Virus record (IMG/VR): IMGVR_UViG_3300027969_000124 | Span: 1-56,324 of that record | From: a virus | Taxonomy: Duplodnaviria > Caudoviricetes | DNA length: 56,324 nt | Strand: one strand, 5' to 3' | Shown here: positions 36,247-45,478 of the stretch, in pieces | How the letters are laid out: each line of letters opens with the position of its first letter | Position numbering within the stretch: position 1 is the first letter of the stretch | Notes under the pieces: generated by a model | The model's database searches: none | What the model was told of the DNA's origin: nothing | Seen by the model: only the letters and a program-made list of their open reading frames with translations | Translations under genes and position numbers: made by a program

Positions 36247-37563
36247 ATGACAACAGCGGCAACATCCCTTTTAGGTCTTGCGCTCCCTGTTACTGGAGAG
36301 TTATCAGGAACATGGGGCGATACTGTAAATAACAGCATTACTTCTTTGGTTGATTCGGCAATCGCTGGCACAACAACCATTAGTTCTGATGCTGACGTAA
36401 CCCTAACTACCACAACTCTAGCGGCAAATACTGCCCGTGAAGCCATCCTCTTATGGACAGCAAGTGGAACAGTAACCCGAAACATTACCGCCCCAGCCCA
36501 GAGTAAGGCATACATTGTCATCAACGCAACTGGGAGTACTCAGTCAATCGTTCTGCGAGGCGCTGGCCCAACGACAGGCGTGACTATCGTAGCGGGTGAA
36601 AAAGCTCTTTGCGCTTGGAATGGTTCAGACTTTGTAAAGATTGCCACATCTGTTGCAGACGGTGTTACGACAATCACATTTGGCTCCACTGGGCTGACTC
36701 CTTCCACAGCGACAAGCGGCGCGGTTACTGTTGCTGGCACATTGGCTGTTGCTAATGGCGGTACAGGTCTTACGGCAGGAACATCTGGTGGTGTTCTAGC
36801 TTACACCGCCTCTGGAACTTTGGCATCGTCCACGGCACTAGCCGCAAGCGCCCTAGTCATCGGTGGCGGGGCTGGCGTGGCTCCAAGCACCACAACCACA
36901 GGCACGGGCGTTGTGACTGCTCTAGGGGTGAATACAGGCTCCGCAGGTGCATTTGTGGTCAATGGAGGGGCATTGGGTACACCTTCTAGCGGTACTGCAA
37001 CCAATGTCACAGGTCTACCTTTGACCACGGGTGTAACAGGAACACTACCTATCGCTAACGGTGGTACAGGCGCATCTACTTTGGCGGGAGCAAATATTGC
37101 TCTAATCAATACAGCACAGACATTTACGGCAACCCAGACGTTCAATGGAACAACTGCGACTTCGGCTGTAAAGACTCTGAACATTGCCGAACCAGCTAAC
37201 GTAGTGGCATCAGCCCCATCTGCAACGACTAACTTCTATGTCAACAGTGGAGCAGTTCAGTACTACACAACCAACGCCGCCAACAACTGGACATTGAATA
37301 TTGCTTTCTCGTCAGGCACTTCGCTCAATACGGCGATGGCTACGAACGATTCAATCTCAATCACCATGTTGGCAACAAATAGTACAACGGCTTACTACAA
37401 CTCTGCTGTGACGATTGACGGCACATCTGTCACCCCTAAGTGGCAAGGCGGAACAGCACCTACGAGTGGTAACGCAAGTTCTATTGATAGTTACACATAT
37501 GTAATTTTGAAGACAGCATCTGCAACATATACCGTTCTTGCTTCTCAGACCAAGTTCGCATAA
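36247..37563 (+). CDS. tail fibre protein
   Basis: TGE.SGTWG.T.N anchor, GTL.VANGGTG repeats, C-terminal KWQGGTAPT. Confidence 0.75.
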   Translation: MTTAATSLLGLALPVTGELSGTWGDTVNNSITSLVDSAIAGTTTISSDADVTLTTTTLAANTAREAILLWTASGTVTRNITAPAQSKAYIVINATGSTQSIVLRGAGPTTGVTIVAGEKALCAWNGSDFVKIATSVADGVTTITFGSTGLTPSTATSGAVTVAGTLAVANGGTGLTAGTSGGVLAYTASGTLASSTALAASALVIGGGAGVAPSTTTTGTGVVTALGVNTGSAGAFVVNGGALGTPSSGTATNVTGLPLTTGVTGTLPIANGGTGASTLAGANIALINTAQTFTATQTFNGTTATSAVKTLNIAEPANVVASAPSATTNFYVNSGAVQYYTTNAANNWTLNIAFSSGTSLNTAMATNDSISITMLATNSTTAYYNSAVTIDGTSVTPKWQGGTAPTSGNASSIDSYTYVILKTASATYTVLASQTKFA

Positions 37564-37572
37564 GGATAACTA

Positions 37573-40500
37573 ATGCCTCGTTTATCCAAGATTGGAGCCG
37601 CCGCACTAGCCGCCTTTGGGTGGACTGGTCTTGCATCAGTATCTGCTAGTTACCTTGTGGTCGCTGGTGGTGGTGGGGGGGGAGGTATTCTTACCAATGG
37701 TTCTGGAGGCGGTGGTGGAGCAGGTGGATTACTCAGTGGAACAACATCTTTAAAACCAACTCTGTCTTATACAGTTACTGTTGGCGCTGGTGGTACTGCA
37801 TCGGTATCAGGCTCAAATTCAATATTTAACGCTATTACATCTACTGGTGGTGGCGGTGGTGCTGAATCTGGTGGCAACAATGCTTACACAGGTGGTTCTG
37901 GTGGCGGAGGAGCAGGCACTAACACATCACCAAATAATGCTGGAGCGGCTGGTACATCGGGTCAAGGTAACACTGGTGGCACTGGTGGTCTTCTTTTTGG
38001 AACAACTCGTGGAGGCGGAGGCGGAGGCGGAGCATCTGCCGTTGGTGCAAATCAAAATAGTGGAACAGGCGCGGCAGGTGCTGGTGGAGCAGGAACAGAA
38101 TGGCCTACTAGTTCTGGCGTTTTCTACGCAGGAGGCGGTGGTGGAGGCGGCACTACAGGCGGCGCAGGTGGTACAGGCGGTGGAGCAAATGGTGCAAGTT
38201 CTGGAACTAGCCCCGCCCCTTCTGGTACTGCCAACAAAGGTGGTGGAGGAGGTGGTGGTGACCAAACATCTGCCAATCGCTACGGAGGTTCTGGCGGTTC
38301 TGGCGTAGTCATCATTTCATATCCTGCCCCACAACAGTTTGGTGGTGGAGTAGTCACTACAAGTGGCTCTAATGTTATTCACACATTCAATACATCAGGA
38401 ACACTATCTCCTTTGTCTTCTGTAACAGCAAGTTATTTAGTTGTTGCTGGTGGCGGTTCTGGTGGTGATGGTTATGGCGGAGGTGGTGGAGCAGGCGGTT
38501 TGCTCTCAGGTACTGGGTTAACTATTGATACTAATTCAGTTTATGTTGTAACTGTCGGTGCTGGAGGAACGGCTTCTACTGGTGGTAATAACCGAGGAAA
38601 CCAAGGAACTAACTCTACATTTAGTGCAGTTGCAACTGCCGCAGTAGGCGGTGGTGGTGGTGCTGGATTTGTTCTTGGACAAACTGCACAATCAGGTGGT
38701 TCTGGTGGTGGTGGAATGTATAGTGCTCTTGGGGGTTATGGAAACCCAACAGGCGGCTCTGCTACATCAGGTCAAGGCTATGCGGGTGGCACACCATCTG
38801 GAACGGGCGGTTATTTTGGTGGCGGTGGTGGTGGTGCTGGTGCGGTAGGTGCAACGGGTAGTGGAACTTCTAGTGGAACTTCTACTGGTGGTGCTGGTGG
38901 TGTAGGCATAGCAAATCCAATCACAGGCTCAACTGCGGGACAACTTGTTTCTTCTACCTATTATTTGGCTGGTGGTGGTGGTGGTGGAGCCTATAACGCA
39001 GGTGCTTCTGCGGGTGCTGGTGGCAATGGCGGTGGTGGCGCTGGTAGCAAAACAACGGGAGTTCTTGGAACTGCTGGCACGGCTAATACTGGCGGTGGTG
39101 GCGGTGGCTCTTGTGATGGAGTCGCATCTTCAGCAATAGGTGGCTCTGGCGTTGTAATCATCTCTTACGCAGGTTCTACACAGCAAATGGCTGGTGGTAC
39201 TGTGACTATCACTGGTGGTAATGTCATTCACACATTCACATCAAGCGGATACCTGACACCAATCAAATATGTAAACAACTCTTTGCGTTTCCGTTCTAGT
39301 GCTAGTGCTTATTTGAATAGGACTCCTGCAACAGCATCCAATCGTCAAACATGGACATGGAGTGCTTGGATTAAGCGTGGAACATTAAGTTCTGGCTACC
39401 CCGTTTTATTTCAAGGCGGTACAACTTCATCTGACACAGGTTCAACGGCTATTGCTTTTGGCGCTGATGATAAATTATATGTTCAAGGGTATTCTACAAA
39501 TTGGATTGTTACCAATGCTGTTTATCGTGACCCATCGGCTTGGTATCACATTGTTTTGGCAATGGATAGTACTCAAGCAACAGGAAGTAATAGATTTAAA
39601 TTGTATGTAAATGGTTCTGAAGTATCTTATGGAACTTACAACAATTTAACTCAAAATACTAATTACGGAATAAATCAAGCCGCAAGTCATGTTCTCGCAC
39701 AATCAATAGCATCTTTTGGTGGAAATTATTTTGACGGCTACATGACCGAAGTCAACTTTGTTGATGGTCAACAGTTAACACCAAACAGTTTTGGAACAAT
39801 CAATTCTTATGGTGTATGGCAACCCATCACCTATGGTGGTTCGTATGGTACTAACGGCTTCTACTTGCCTTTTAACCGTGGCAATGATAGTTATGCTGGT
39901 TCTTTCACTAATAGTGCAAGCCAGTATTTAACAGCAACTTTGCCAGCAACATTGACAGGCGCTTTTACTATTGAAGCCTATTGCTATAGAAGCACGACAA
40001 CAACAAATTCTATTTTTACCTTGGGTGATTCAAACACAAGTACTGGTATTGAATACTATATAGGCACTAGCGGAACTGTAAACAATGTTTACTCTAATGG
40101 CGCTCAAATCACTACTTCTAGCAATGTTCCAGTGGTAGGCGGATGGAGCCATGTTGCAGTTACTAGAGACTCTAGTAATGTTGTTCGTTTGTTTATAAAC
40201 GGGCAACAAACAGGCGGTACATGGACAACTACTGCCGCATTCTCTAGCACATTAAGAATTGGTACTGAGTATTACGCTAGTGCGGCAAGCGCATATTGGA
40301 ATGGTAATATTTCCAATTTCCGAATAGTCAACGGCACTGCTTTATATACAACAAGCAGTTTTGCACCTCCAACTTCTGCATTAACTGCGGTGTCTGGTAC
40401 ATCAATACTGACTTTGCAAAGTTCAACTATTATTGATAACAGCGGAAATTCTTTGTCAATCACCAACACAAACGGTGTCAACATGAACCAGAACTATCCA

Positions 40501-41880
40501 TTTAGTTTTGGCATATTTAACGACCAAGGCCCATCGGGTAACAACTGGACAGGTAACAACATTACGTTGAGTACAAATCCAGTTACAACATCTACATTTA
40601 CAGCGGTTACATCGACAACTTGGGTTGCACCTGCTGGTGTTACATCTGTTAACTACCTTGTAGTGGCAGGTGGCGGTGGTGGTGATGGCGGCGGTGGTGG
40701 CGGCGGTGGTTTCCGTTATGGAAGTCTAGGCGTAACGCCCGGCACTTCCTACACAGTTACTGTTGGTGGCGGAGGCCCTTTAGGAGGCAACGGCAGTAAT
40801 TCAGTCTTTTCAACCATTACATCTGCTGGTGGTGGAGGTGGTGGCCCTTATTACGCAAACGCAAGCAACGGTGGATCTGGTGGCGGTAGTGCCGCAGGTT
40901 ACACCCGTGGGCTTGGTAACACGCCTTCTGTAAGCCCATCGCAAGGCAATAACGGTGGAACTGGTGGTAGCACATCTGGCGGTGGCGGCGGAGGCGCTGG
41001 TGCGACTGGTTCAGATGGTTCTGGTGGCTCTGGAGGCGCAGGAGGTAATGGCGCAGTCTGGTCTGTAAATGGCGTTACTTACGCTGGTGGCGGCGGTGGC
41101 GGTGGAACAAGTTCTGGTGGTGCTGGAGGTTCTGGTGGCGGAGGCGCTGGTTCTTCATACACATCAACTGCTGGAACTCCTAATACAGGTGGCGGTGGTG
41201 GCGGTAGTTATTACGTTGGCCCACCCGGAGGTGGCTCTGGTATTGTTATCTTGTCTTACACACAGGCATCAACATCTACCTACGACAGCATGACCGATGT
41301 ACCAACACTAACAAGTGCGACAGCGGCTAACTTCTGTACATTGAACCCATTGAACGGCTCAGGCTCCATTACAAATGGTAATTTGACTCATGCAGGAAGT
41401 GGCGCAAACTGGTACTCTGCATCGTCAACCATTGCGTTTGATGCGTCTGCAAACTACTATGCCGAAGTAACCATTATTTCTAATAACTCTGTTAGCAACG
41501 GCATTCAGTTAGGAGTTATTGGTTCAGCACAAGCGTTGTCTGGAAACACTTCAACATTAGGAACCTATGCAACTGGTTATTCATGGCAAAGTTATGCAAG
41601 TGGTTCGGCAAATAAATTCAACAATGGGACTGGTAGTAATTACAACAGTCTTGCAACCTATACAACAGGTGATGTCATTGGTGTCCAATTAAGTGCAGGA
41701 ACTCTAAATTTCTATAAAAATGGAGTGAGCCAAGGTTCTGCATATACTGGATTGAGTGGTAGTTTTTGTTTTGGTGGAAGCCCTTACAACGGAGATACTG
41801 TTGCTTGGAACTTTGGTCAACAGCCATTTGTCTATACGCCTCCTACAGGCGCATTAAGACTCAACACCTATAACCTATAA
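37573..41880 (+). CDS. glycine-rich tail fibre / adhesin with LamG and SPRY-like domains
   Basis: Three YLVVAGGG...GGSG.VI.SY modules; SLRF...TWT.SAWIKR...RDPSAWYHIV; FTIEAY..WSHVAVTR; GDVIGV.L...FYKNG..QG. Confidence 0.75.
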   Translation: MPRLSKIGAAALAAFGWTGLASVSASYLVVAGGGGGGGILTNGSGGGGGAGGLLSGTTSLKPTLSYTVTVGAGGTASVSGSNSIFNAITSTGGGGGAESGGNNAYTGGSGGGGAGTNTSPNNAGAAGTSGQGNTGGTGGLLFGTTRGGGGGGGASAVGANQNSGTGAAGAGGAGTEWPTSSGVFYAGGGGGGGTTGGAGGTGGGANGASSGTSPAPSGTANKGGGGGGGDQTSANRYGGSGGSGVVIISYPAPQQFGGGVVTTSGSNVIHTFNTSGTLSPLSSVTASYLVVAGGGSGGDGYGGGGGAGGLLSGTGLTIDTNSVYVVTVGAGGTASTGGNNRGNQGTNSTFSAVATAAVGGGGGAGFVLGQTAQSGGSGGGGMYSALGGYGNPTGGSATSGQGYAGGTPSGTGGYFGGGGGGAGAVGATGSGTSSGTSTGGAGGVGIANPITGSTAGQLVSSTYYLAGGGGGGAYNAGASAGAGGNGGGGAGSKTTGVLGTAGTANTGGGGGGSCDGVASSAIGGSGVVIISYAGSTQQMAGGTVTITGGNVIHTFTSSGYLTPIKYVNNSLRFRSSASAYLNRTPATASNRQTWTWSAWIKRGTLSSGYPVLFQGGTTSSDTGSTAIAFGADDKLYVQGYSTNWIVTNAVYRDPSAWYHIVLAMDSTQATGSNRFKLYVNGSEVSYGTYNNLTQNTNYGINQAASHVLAQSIASFGGNYFDGYMTEVNFVDGQQLTPNSFGTINSYGVWQPITYGGSYGTNGFYLPFNRGNDSYAGSFTNSASQYLTATLPATLTGAFTIEAYCYRSTTTTNSIFTLGDSNTSTGIEYYIGTSGTVNNVYSNGAQITTSSNVPVVGGWSHVAVTRDSSNVVRLFINGQQTGGTWTTTAAFSSTLRIGTEYYASAASAYWNGNISNFRIVNGTALYTTSSFAPPTSALTAVSGTSILTLQSSTIIDNSGNSLSITNTNGVNMNQNYPFSFGIFNDQGPSGNNWTGNNITLSTNPVTTSTFTAVTSTTWVAPAGVTSVNYLVVAGGGGGDGGGGGGGGFRYGSLGVTPGTSYTVTVGGGGPLGGNGSNSVFSTITSAGGGGGGPYYANASNGGSGGGSAAGYTRGLGNTPSVSPSQGNNGGTGGSTSGGGGGGAGATGSDGSGGSGGAGGNGAVWSVNGVTYAGGGGGGGTSSGGAGGSGGGGAGSSYTSTAGTPNTGGGGGGSYYVGPPGGGSGIVILSYTQASTSTYDSMTDVPTLTSATAANFCTLNPLNGSGSITNGNLTHAGSGANWYSASSTIAFDASANYYAEVTIISNNSVSNGIQLGVIGSAQALSGNTSTLGTYATGYSWQSYASGSANKFNNGTGSNYNSLATYTTGDVIGVQLSAGTLNFYKNGVSQGSAYTGLSGSFCFGGSPYNGDTVAWNFGQQPFVYTPPTGALRLNTYNL

Positions 41881-41889
41881 GGAATAGAA

Positions 41890-42867
41890 ATGCCAACAAC
41901 ATATGCAATTCCTGATGGTCGTACTGTGATGGCGGCTACGACTTATACGGGTACAGGGTCTAGCCTAACAGTTAGTAACGCAGTAAATGGAGTCAGTTTT
42001 CAACCTGATTTTGTTTGGATTAAAAGGCGAGATGGCGGACAATCGCATCAACTTTACGATGTAATTCGTGGCGTTAACAAAGCGGTATATTCAAACCTAA
42101 CAAGTGCTGAAGCAACAGAAGCAAATGGATTATCTGCGTTTACATCTAGCGGATTTACTGTTATTTCTGACATTGGCGTAAACACATCTGGTGGCACTTA
42201 TGTTGGATGGAATTGGAAAGAAGGAGCAACTCAAGGTTTTGACATTGTTTCTCAAACACTTGGCACAACAGGTATTAACACTATTACTCATAATCTTGGT
42301 GTTGTTCCAACAATGGTGCTTGCTAAGAAAACTAGCGCAGGTGCTGAACAATGGTTGGTGTATCACGCATCAGGCACAACGCAATCTCAATATCTTGGGT
42401 TAAACACGACAGCGGGCGCATCAACAAGCGCAAATATATGGGGTTCATCTGCGTTTACAACAACTCAGATTTACTTTAGCGGAACATCTGGTAACACTTA
42501 TGTGTTTTACATATTTGCCCCAGTAGCAGGGTATTCAGCCTTTGGTTCGTACACGGGTAACGGGGTTGCTGATGGGCCTTTTGTTTACCTTGGATTTAGA
42601 CCTCGGTTTGTAATGATAAAAGCAAGCAATACAACTGGAGGCTGGTCAATGACAGATACTTCTAGAGACCCGTATAACTTAACAACTAACAAAATTGAAG
42701 CAAATACGGCTTTATCAGAACCATCAAATGCAGGTTTATATCAATTTGATATTTTGTCAAATGGTTTCAAAATTAGGCAAGGCACAGGTTACGGAATAAA
42801 TAATTCTGCTGATTACATCTATATGGCATTTGCCGAAAACCCATTCAAATACGCTAACGCTCGATAA
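41890..42867 (+). CDS. tail-fibre-associated protein
   Basis: YTG.G, FQPDFVWIK.R, GYS.FGSYTGNG, GFRP.F, D.LSNGFK.R, YIYMAFAE.P. Confidence 0.65.
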   Translation: MPTTYAIPDGRTVMAATTYTGTGSSLTVSNAVNGVSFQPDFVWIKRRDGGQSHQLYDVIRGVNKAVYSNLTSAEATEANGLSAFTSSGFTVISDIGVNTSGGTYVGWNWKEGATQGFDIVSQTLGTTGINTITHNLGVVPTMVLAKKTSAGAEQWLVYHASGTTQSQYLGLNTTAGASTSANIWGSSAFTTTQIYFSGTSGNTYVFYIFAPVAGYSAFGSYTGNGVADGPFVYLGFRPRFVMIKASNTTGGWSMTDTSRDPYNLTTNKIEANTALSEPSNAGLYQFDILSNGFKIRQGTGYGINNSADYIYMAFAENPFKYANAR

Positions 42868-42876
42868 GGAGAAAAC

Positions 42877-43224
42877 ATGAGTCACTATGCAAAAGTAGAA
42901 AACGGAATCGTCACTCAGGTGATTGTTGCCGAGGAAGACTTCATTCAAACAGGCGCTTTAGGCGACCCTGCTGGATGGATTCAAACTTCGTATAACACTC
43001 ACGGAGGACAACACCCAGAGGATAGACCACTGCGTAAGAACTATGCAGGTATTGGTTACACCTATGACACAGGACGGGATGCTTTTATTCCTCCACAGCC
43101 CTACCCATCATGGACTATGAGCGATGACACTTGTCTGTGGAATGCTCCTGTGGCTATGCCTACAGAGGGTGGCCCATTCACTTGGAATGAAGCAAATCAA
43201 TCTTGGGACGCTGTTCAAGCGTAA
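42877..43224 (+). CDS. tail fibre assembly-like protein
   Basis: W.QTSYN, LRKNYAGIGYTYD..RDAFIPP.PYPSW, W.APV.MP. Confidence 0.6.
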   Translation: MSHYAKVENGIVTQVIVAEEDFIQTGALGDPAGWIQTSYNTHGGQHPEDRPLRKNYAGIGYTYDTGRDAFIPPQPYPSWTMSDDTCLWNAPVAMPTEGGPFTWNEANQSWDAVQA

Positions 43225-43251
43225 TAAGCCATTGACCCATTCTCCCTACTT

Positions 43252-43938
43252 ATGGCGGCGCAAGCCGCTGTTGGCTTTATTAAGCAGGGATGTTCTATGC
43301 TCCATGAGGGGCGTATGGAGCTTGAGGGCGCAAAGAAGACAGTCGAGGGAGTCATCTCAGATGTCAAGGCTATTAGAGGTATCTTTAACTGGTTCGTTGG
43401 TCTGTTTGTTAGTAAGCCAGCCGCAGAAGCAAAGCCTGTGGCGCAAAAGAAAGCCAAAGCAAAACAACAACAATCCTACGAAGACCTTGAACTTAAACTC
43501 ATCAGCGAGATTGGGGCAAACCTCGGAGTCCTCTTTGACACACAGCAACAGATTACAAACCATTACCTTGAACTAGAGGAGACAAGCAAAACCAACTATG
43601 ACCCAGCGCAAAACACCAGTCAAAAAGCCATAGAGCGGGCATTGATTGAGTTGCAATTGGAGAAGTTGATGGAGCAGACTAGGGAGGCAATGGTCTACGC
43701 CCCGCCTGAGTTAAAGGACTTGTATAGCAGATTCCTCAAGATGCACCAAAAGATTGAGCGGGAACAAGAATGGGCTAGGGCAGAGACAATTCGCAAGACT
43801 AGGTTGGCAAGGTGGAAACAGGAGCAAGAAGAAATTGAGTTGATTGGGCTGATAAGTAGTGGGGTCGCAGTTGTGTTTATATCTATGTTTTTTGGATGGT
43901 TCATGTGGCAACTACGAAGCTGGTCTACTGGATATTGA
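43252..43938 (+). CDS. coiled-coil protein with C-terminal TM segment
   Basis: ORF track; hydrophobic C-terminus; start may lie at 43231. Confidence 0.6.
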   Translation: MAAQAAVGFIKQGCSMLHEGRMELEGAKKTVEGVISDVKAIRGIFNWFVGLFVSKPAAEAKPVAQKKAKAKQQQSYEDLELKLISEIGANLGVLFDTQQQITNHYLELEETSKTNYDPAQNTSQKAIERALIELQLEKLMEQTREAMVYAPPELKDLYSRFLKMHQKIEREQEWARAETIRKTRLARWKQEQEEIELIGLISSGVAVVFISMFFGWFMWQLRSWSTGY

Positions 43939-44072
43939 TAGGAGTGGCAATATGCGTAATTGTTGGAGTGACCTCAATGGCATATGTAGAAACCTTGTAT
44001 ATGCGAGCGCAACTCAAGCAAGAGATAAAAGAGTTGCGTAAGTTGAAACGTGAATTAAAGGAGCAGAAATGA
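43896..44072 (+). CDS. small TM protein (not in ORF track)
   Basis: ...KLVYWILIGVAICVIVGVTSMAYVETL...ELKEQK, with ATGA overlap into 44069. Confidence 0.5.
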   Translation: MVHVATTKLVYWILIGVAICVIVGVTSMAYVETLYMRAQLKQEIKELRKLKRELKEQK

Positions 44073-44341
44073 ATTGGGCAGATGTATTAAAAGCGGTCAT
44101 ACCCATTATTGTGGCTTCCCTTGCTTGGCTCTTGGGTCAGGTCAACGATTTCTCCACGCGCTTGACGCGAATTGAAGGCGCTATGCCTGCATTGATTACC
44201 AAAGAGGGCATCCCAACGGACAGCCCAATTTCTACGGAGAAACGAGCCATTATGAAGGAGCATTTGATGAACCACATCAACGAGTTGCAAGTCAAAGTCA
44301 GGTTGCTTGAAGAACGTGAAAAAATGGGAGTTAAAAAATGA
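44069..44341 (+). CDS. membrane protein, lysis region
   Basis: N-terminal TM segment plus coiled coil. Confidence 0.55.
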   Translation: MNWADVLKAVIPIIVASLAWLLGQVNDFSTRLTRIEGAMPALITKEGIPTDSPISTEKRAIMKEHLMNHINELQVKVRLLEEREKMGVKK

Positions 44342-44844
44342 TGACACTATTCTCAACCCTACTGTCTTTCCTGATGGGCGGGTTACCAAAACTGATGGAC
44401 TTCTTCCAAGACCGTGCAGACAAGTCGCATGAACTAGCCTTGGCGCAGATGCAGACTGAGCGCGAGTTGACCCTGAAGAAGGCTGGCTTAGAGGTTCAAG
44501 AAAAGATTGAGCATATCCAGACCGAGCAGATTCAGATTAACGCTGAGGTGACCAACGCACAGACAGCCATGCAAGAGCGTCAAGCCCTGTATGCCCACGA
44601 CATTGCTATCGGTCAGGGTTCTAGTCAGTGGGTGATTAACGCCCGTGCTATGGTGCGCCCCGCCATAACTTATGGCTTGTTTGTCTTGTTTGCTTTTGTG
44701 GAAATCTTCGGCTTCTGGTTTGCCTATCACAAGGAAGTGCCATTTGATGTGGCTTTAGACCTACTGTGGGACAACGAGACTCAGATCATTTGGGCAAGCG
44801 TAGTGTCGTTCTGGTTTGGTACACAAGCATTTGGCAAGAAATGA
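44338..44844 (+). CDS. putative holin (3TM type)
   Basis: W...RA.VRPAITY, TM segments, SFWFG. Confidence 0.6.
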   Translation: MMTLFSTLLSFLMGGLPKLMDFFQDRADKSHELALAQMQTERELTLKKAGLEVQEKIEHIQTEQIQINAEVTNAQTAMQERQALYAHDIAIGQGSSQWVINARAMVRPAITYGLFVLFAFVEIFGFWFAYHKEVPFDVALDLLWDNETQIIWASVVSFWFGTQAFGKK

Positions 44845-45002
44845 TATTAAATCAAGGCAAAGTGGCTGGCGGTTTGGTAGACGAACTGCTTGAAGTCATA
44901 CACAAGTACGATGAAACTTTGTACATGGCAACAGTTATTGGTGCTTTGGAATTGGTTAAGCAACAACTAATCCAAGAGAGCATTGAGGAAGAAGACGAAT
45001 GA
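44841..45002 (+). CDS. hypothetical protein
   Basis: MILNQG...IGALELVK, coupled. Confidence 0.5.
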   Translation: MILNQGKVAGGLVDELLEVIHKYDETLYMATVIGALELVKQQLIQESIEEEDE

Positions 45003-45475
45003 ACCTGTCAGATAAAGCCCTCAAGATGATTAAGCACCATGAAGGGGTGCGTCAGAAGCCTTACCGTTGCCCAGCCAAGTTGTGGACGGTGGGGGTGGGG
45101 CATGTCTTGTACCCAGAGCAGGGCAAGATGAAGATTGAGGAGCGTGATGGGTTTGGCCTCAAGGACGCAGACAACCGCACATTCAGCATGGAAGAAGTTG
45201 ATGGAATTCTTAAAGCAGATTTGGCTAGGTTTGAGCGAGGTGTGGTTCAGTTCTGTCCTGTTCCCCTCACTCAAGGTCAGTACGATGCTCTCATATCTTT
45301 TAGTTTCAATGTTGGTCTGGGAACACTACAGCGTTCAACCCTCCGTCAGAAGGTTCTGCGCGGAGATATGGAAGGGGCGGCAGAAGAACTCTTGAAGTAT
45401 TGCAAGGCGGGTGGCAAAATACTCAAAGGGTTGGAAAACCGCCGTAAAGACGAGCGTTCCCTGTTCTTAGGATAA
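44999..45475 (+). CDS. endolysin (GH24 phage lysozyme)
   Basis: HEG...PY.CPA..WT.G.GH, QYDAL.SF.FN.G, GL..RR..E. Confidence 0.9.
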   Translation: MNLSDKALKMIKHHEGVRQKPYRCPAKLWTVGVGHVLYPEQGKMKIEERDGFGLKDADNRTFSMEEVDGILKADLARFERGVVQFCPVPLTQGQYDALISFSFNVGLGTLQRSTLRQKVLRGDMEGAAEELLKYCKAGGKILKGLENRRKDERSLFLG

Positions 45476-45478
45476 GAA

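Noticed and set aside
37573-41880. PE_PGRS or collagen-like protein, or DNA tandem repeat
   Set aside because: No PE domain or Gly-X-Y periodicity. The GGT/GGC runs are explained by glycine-rich fibre modules.
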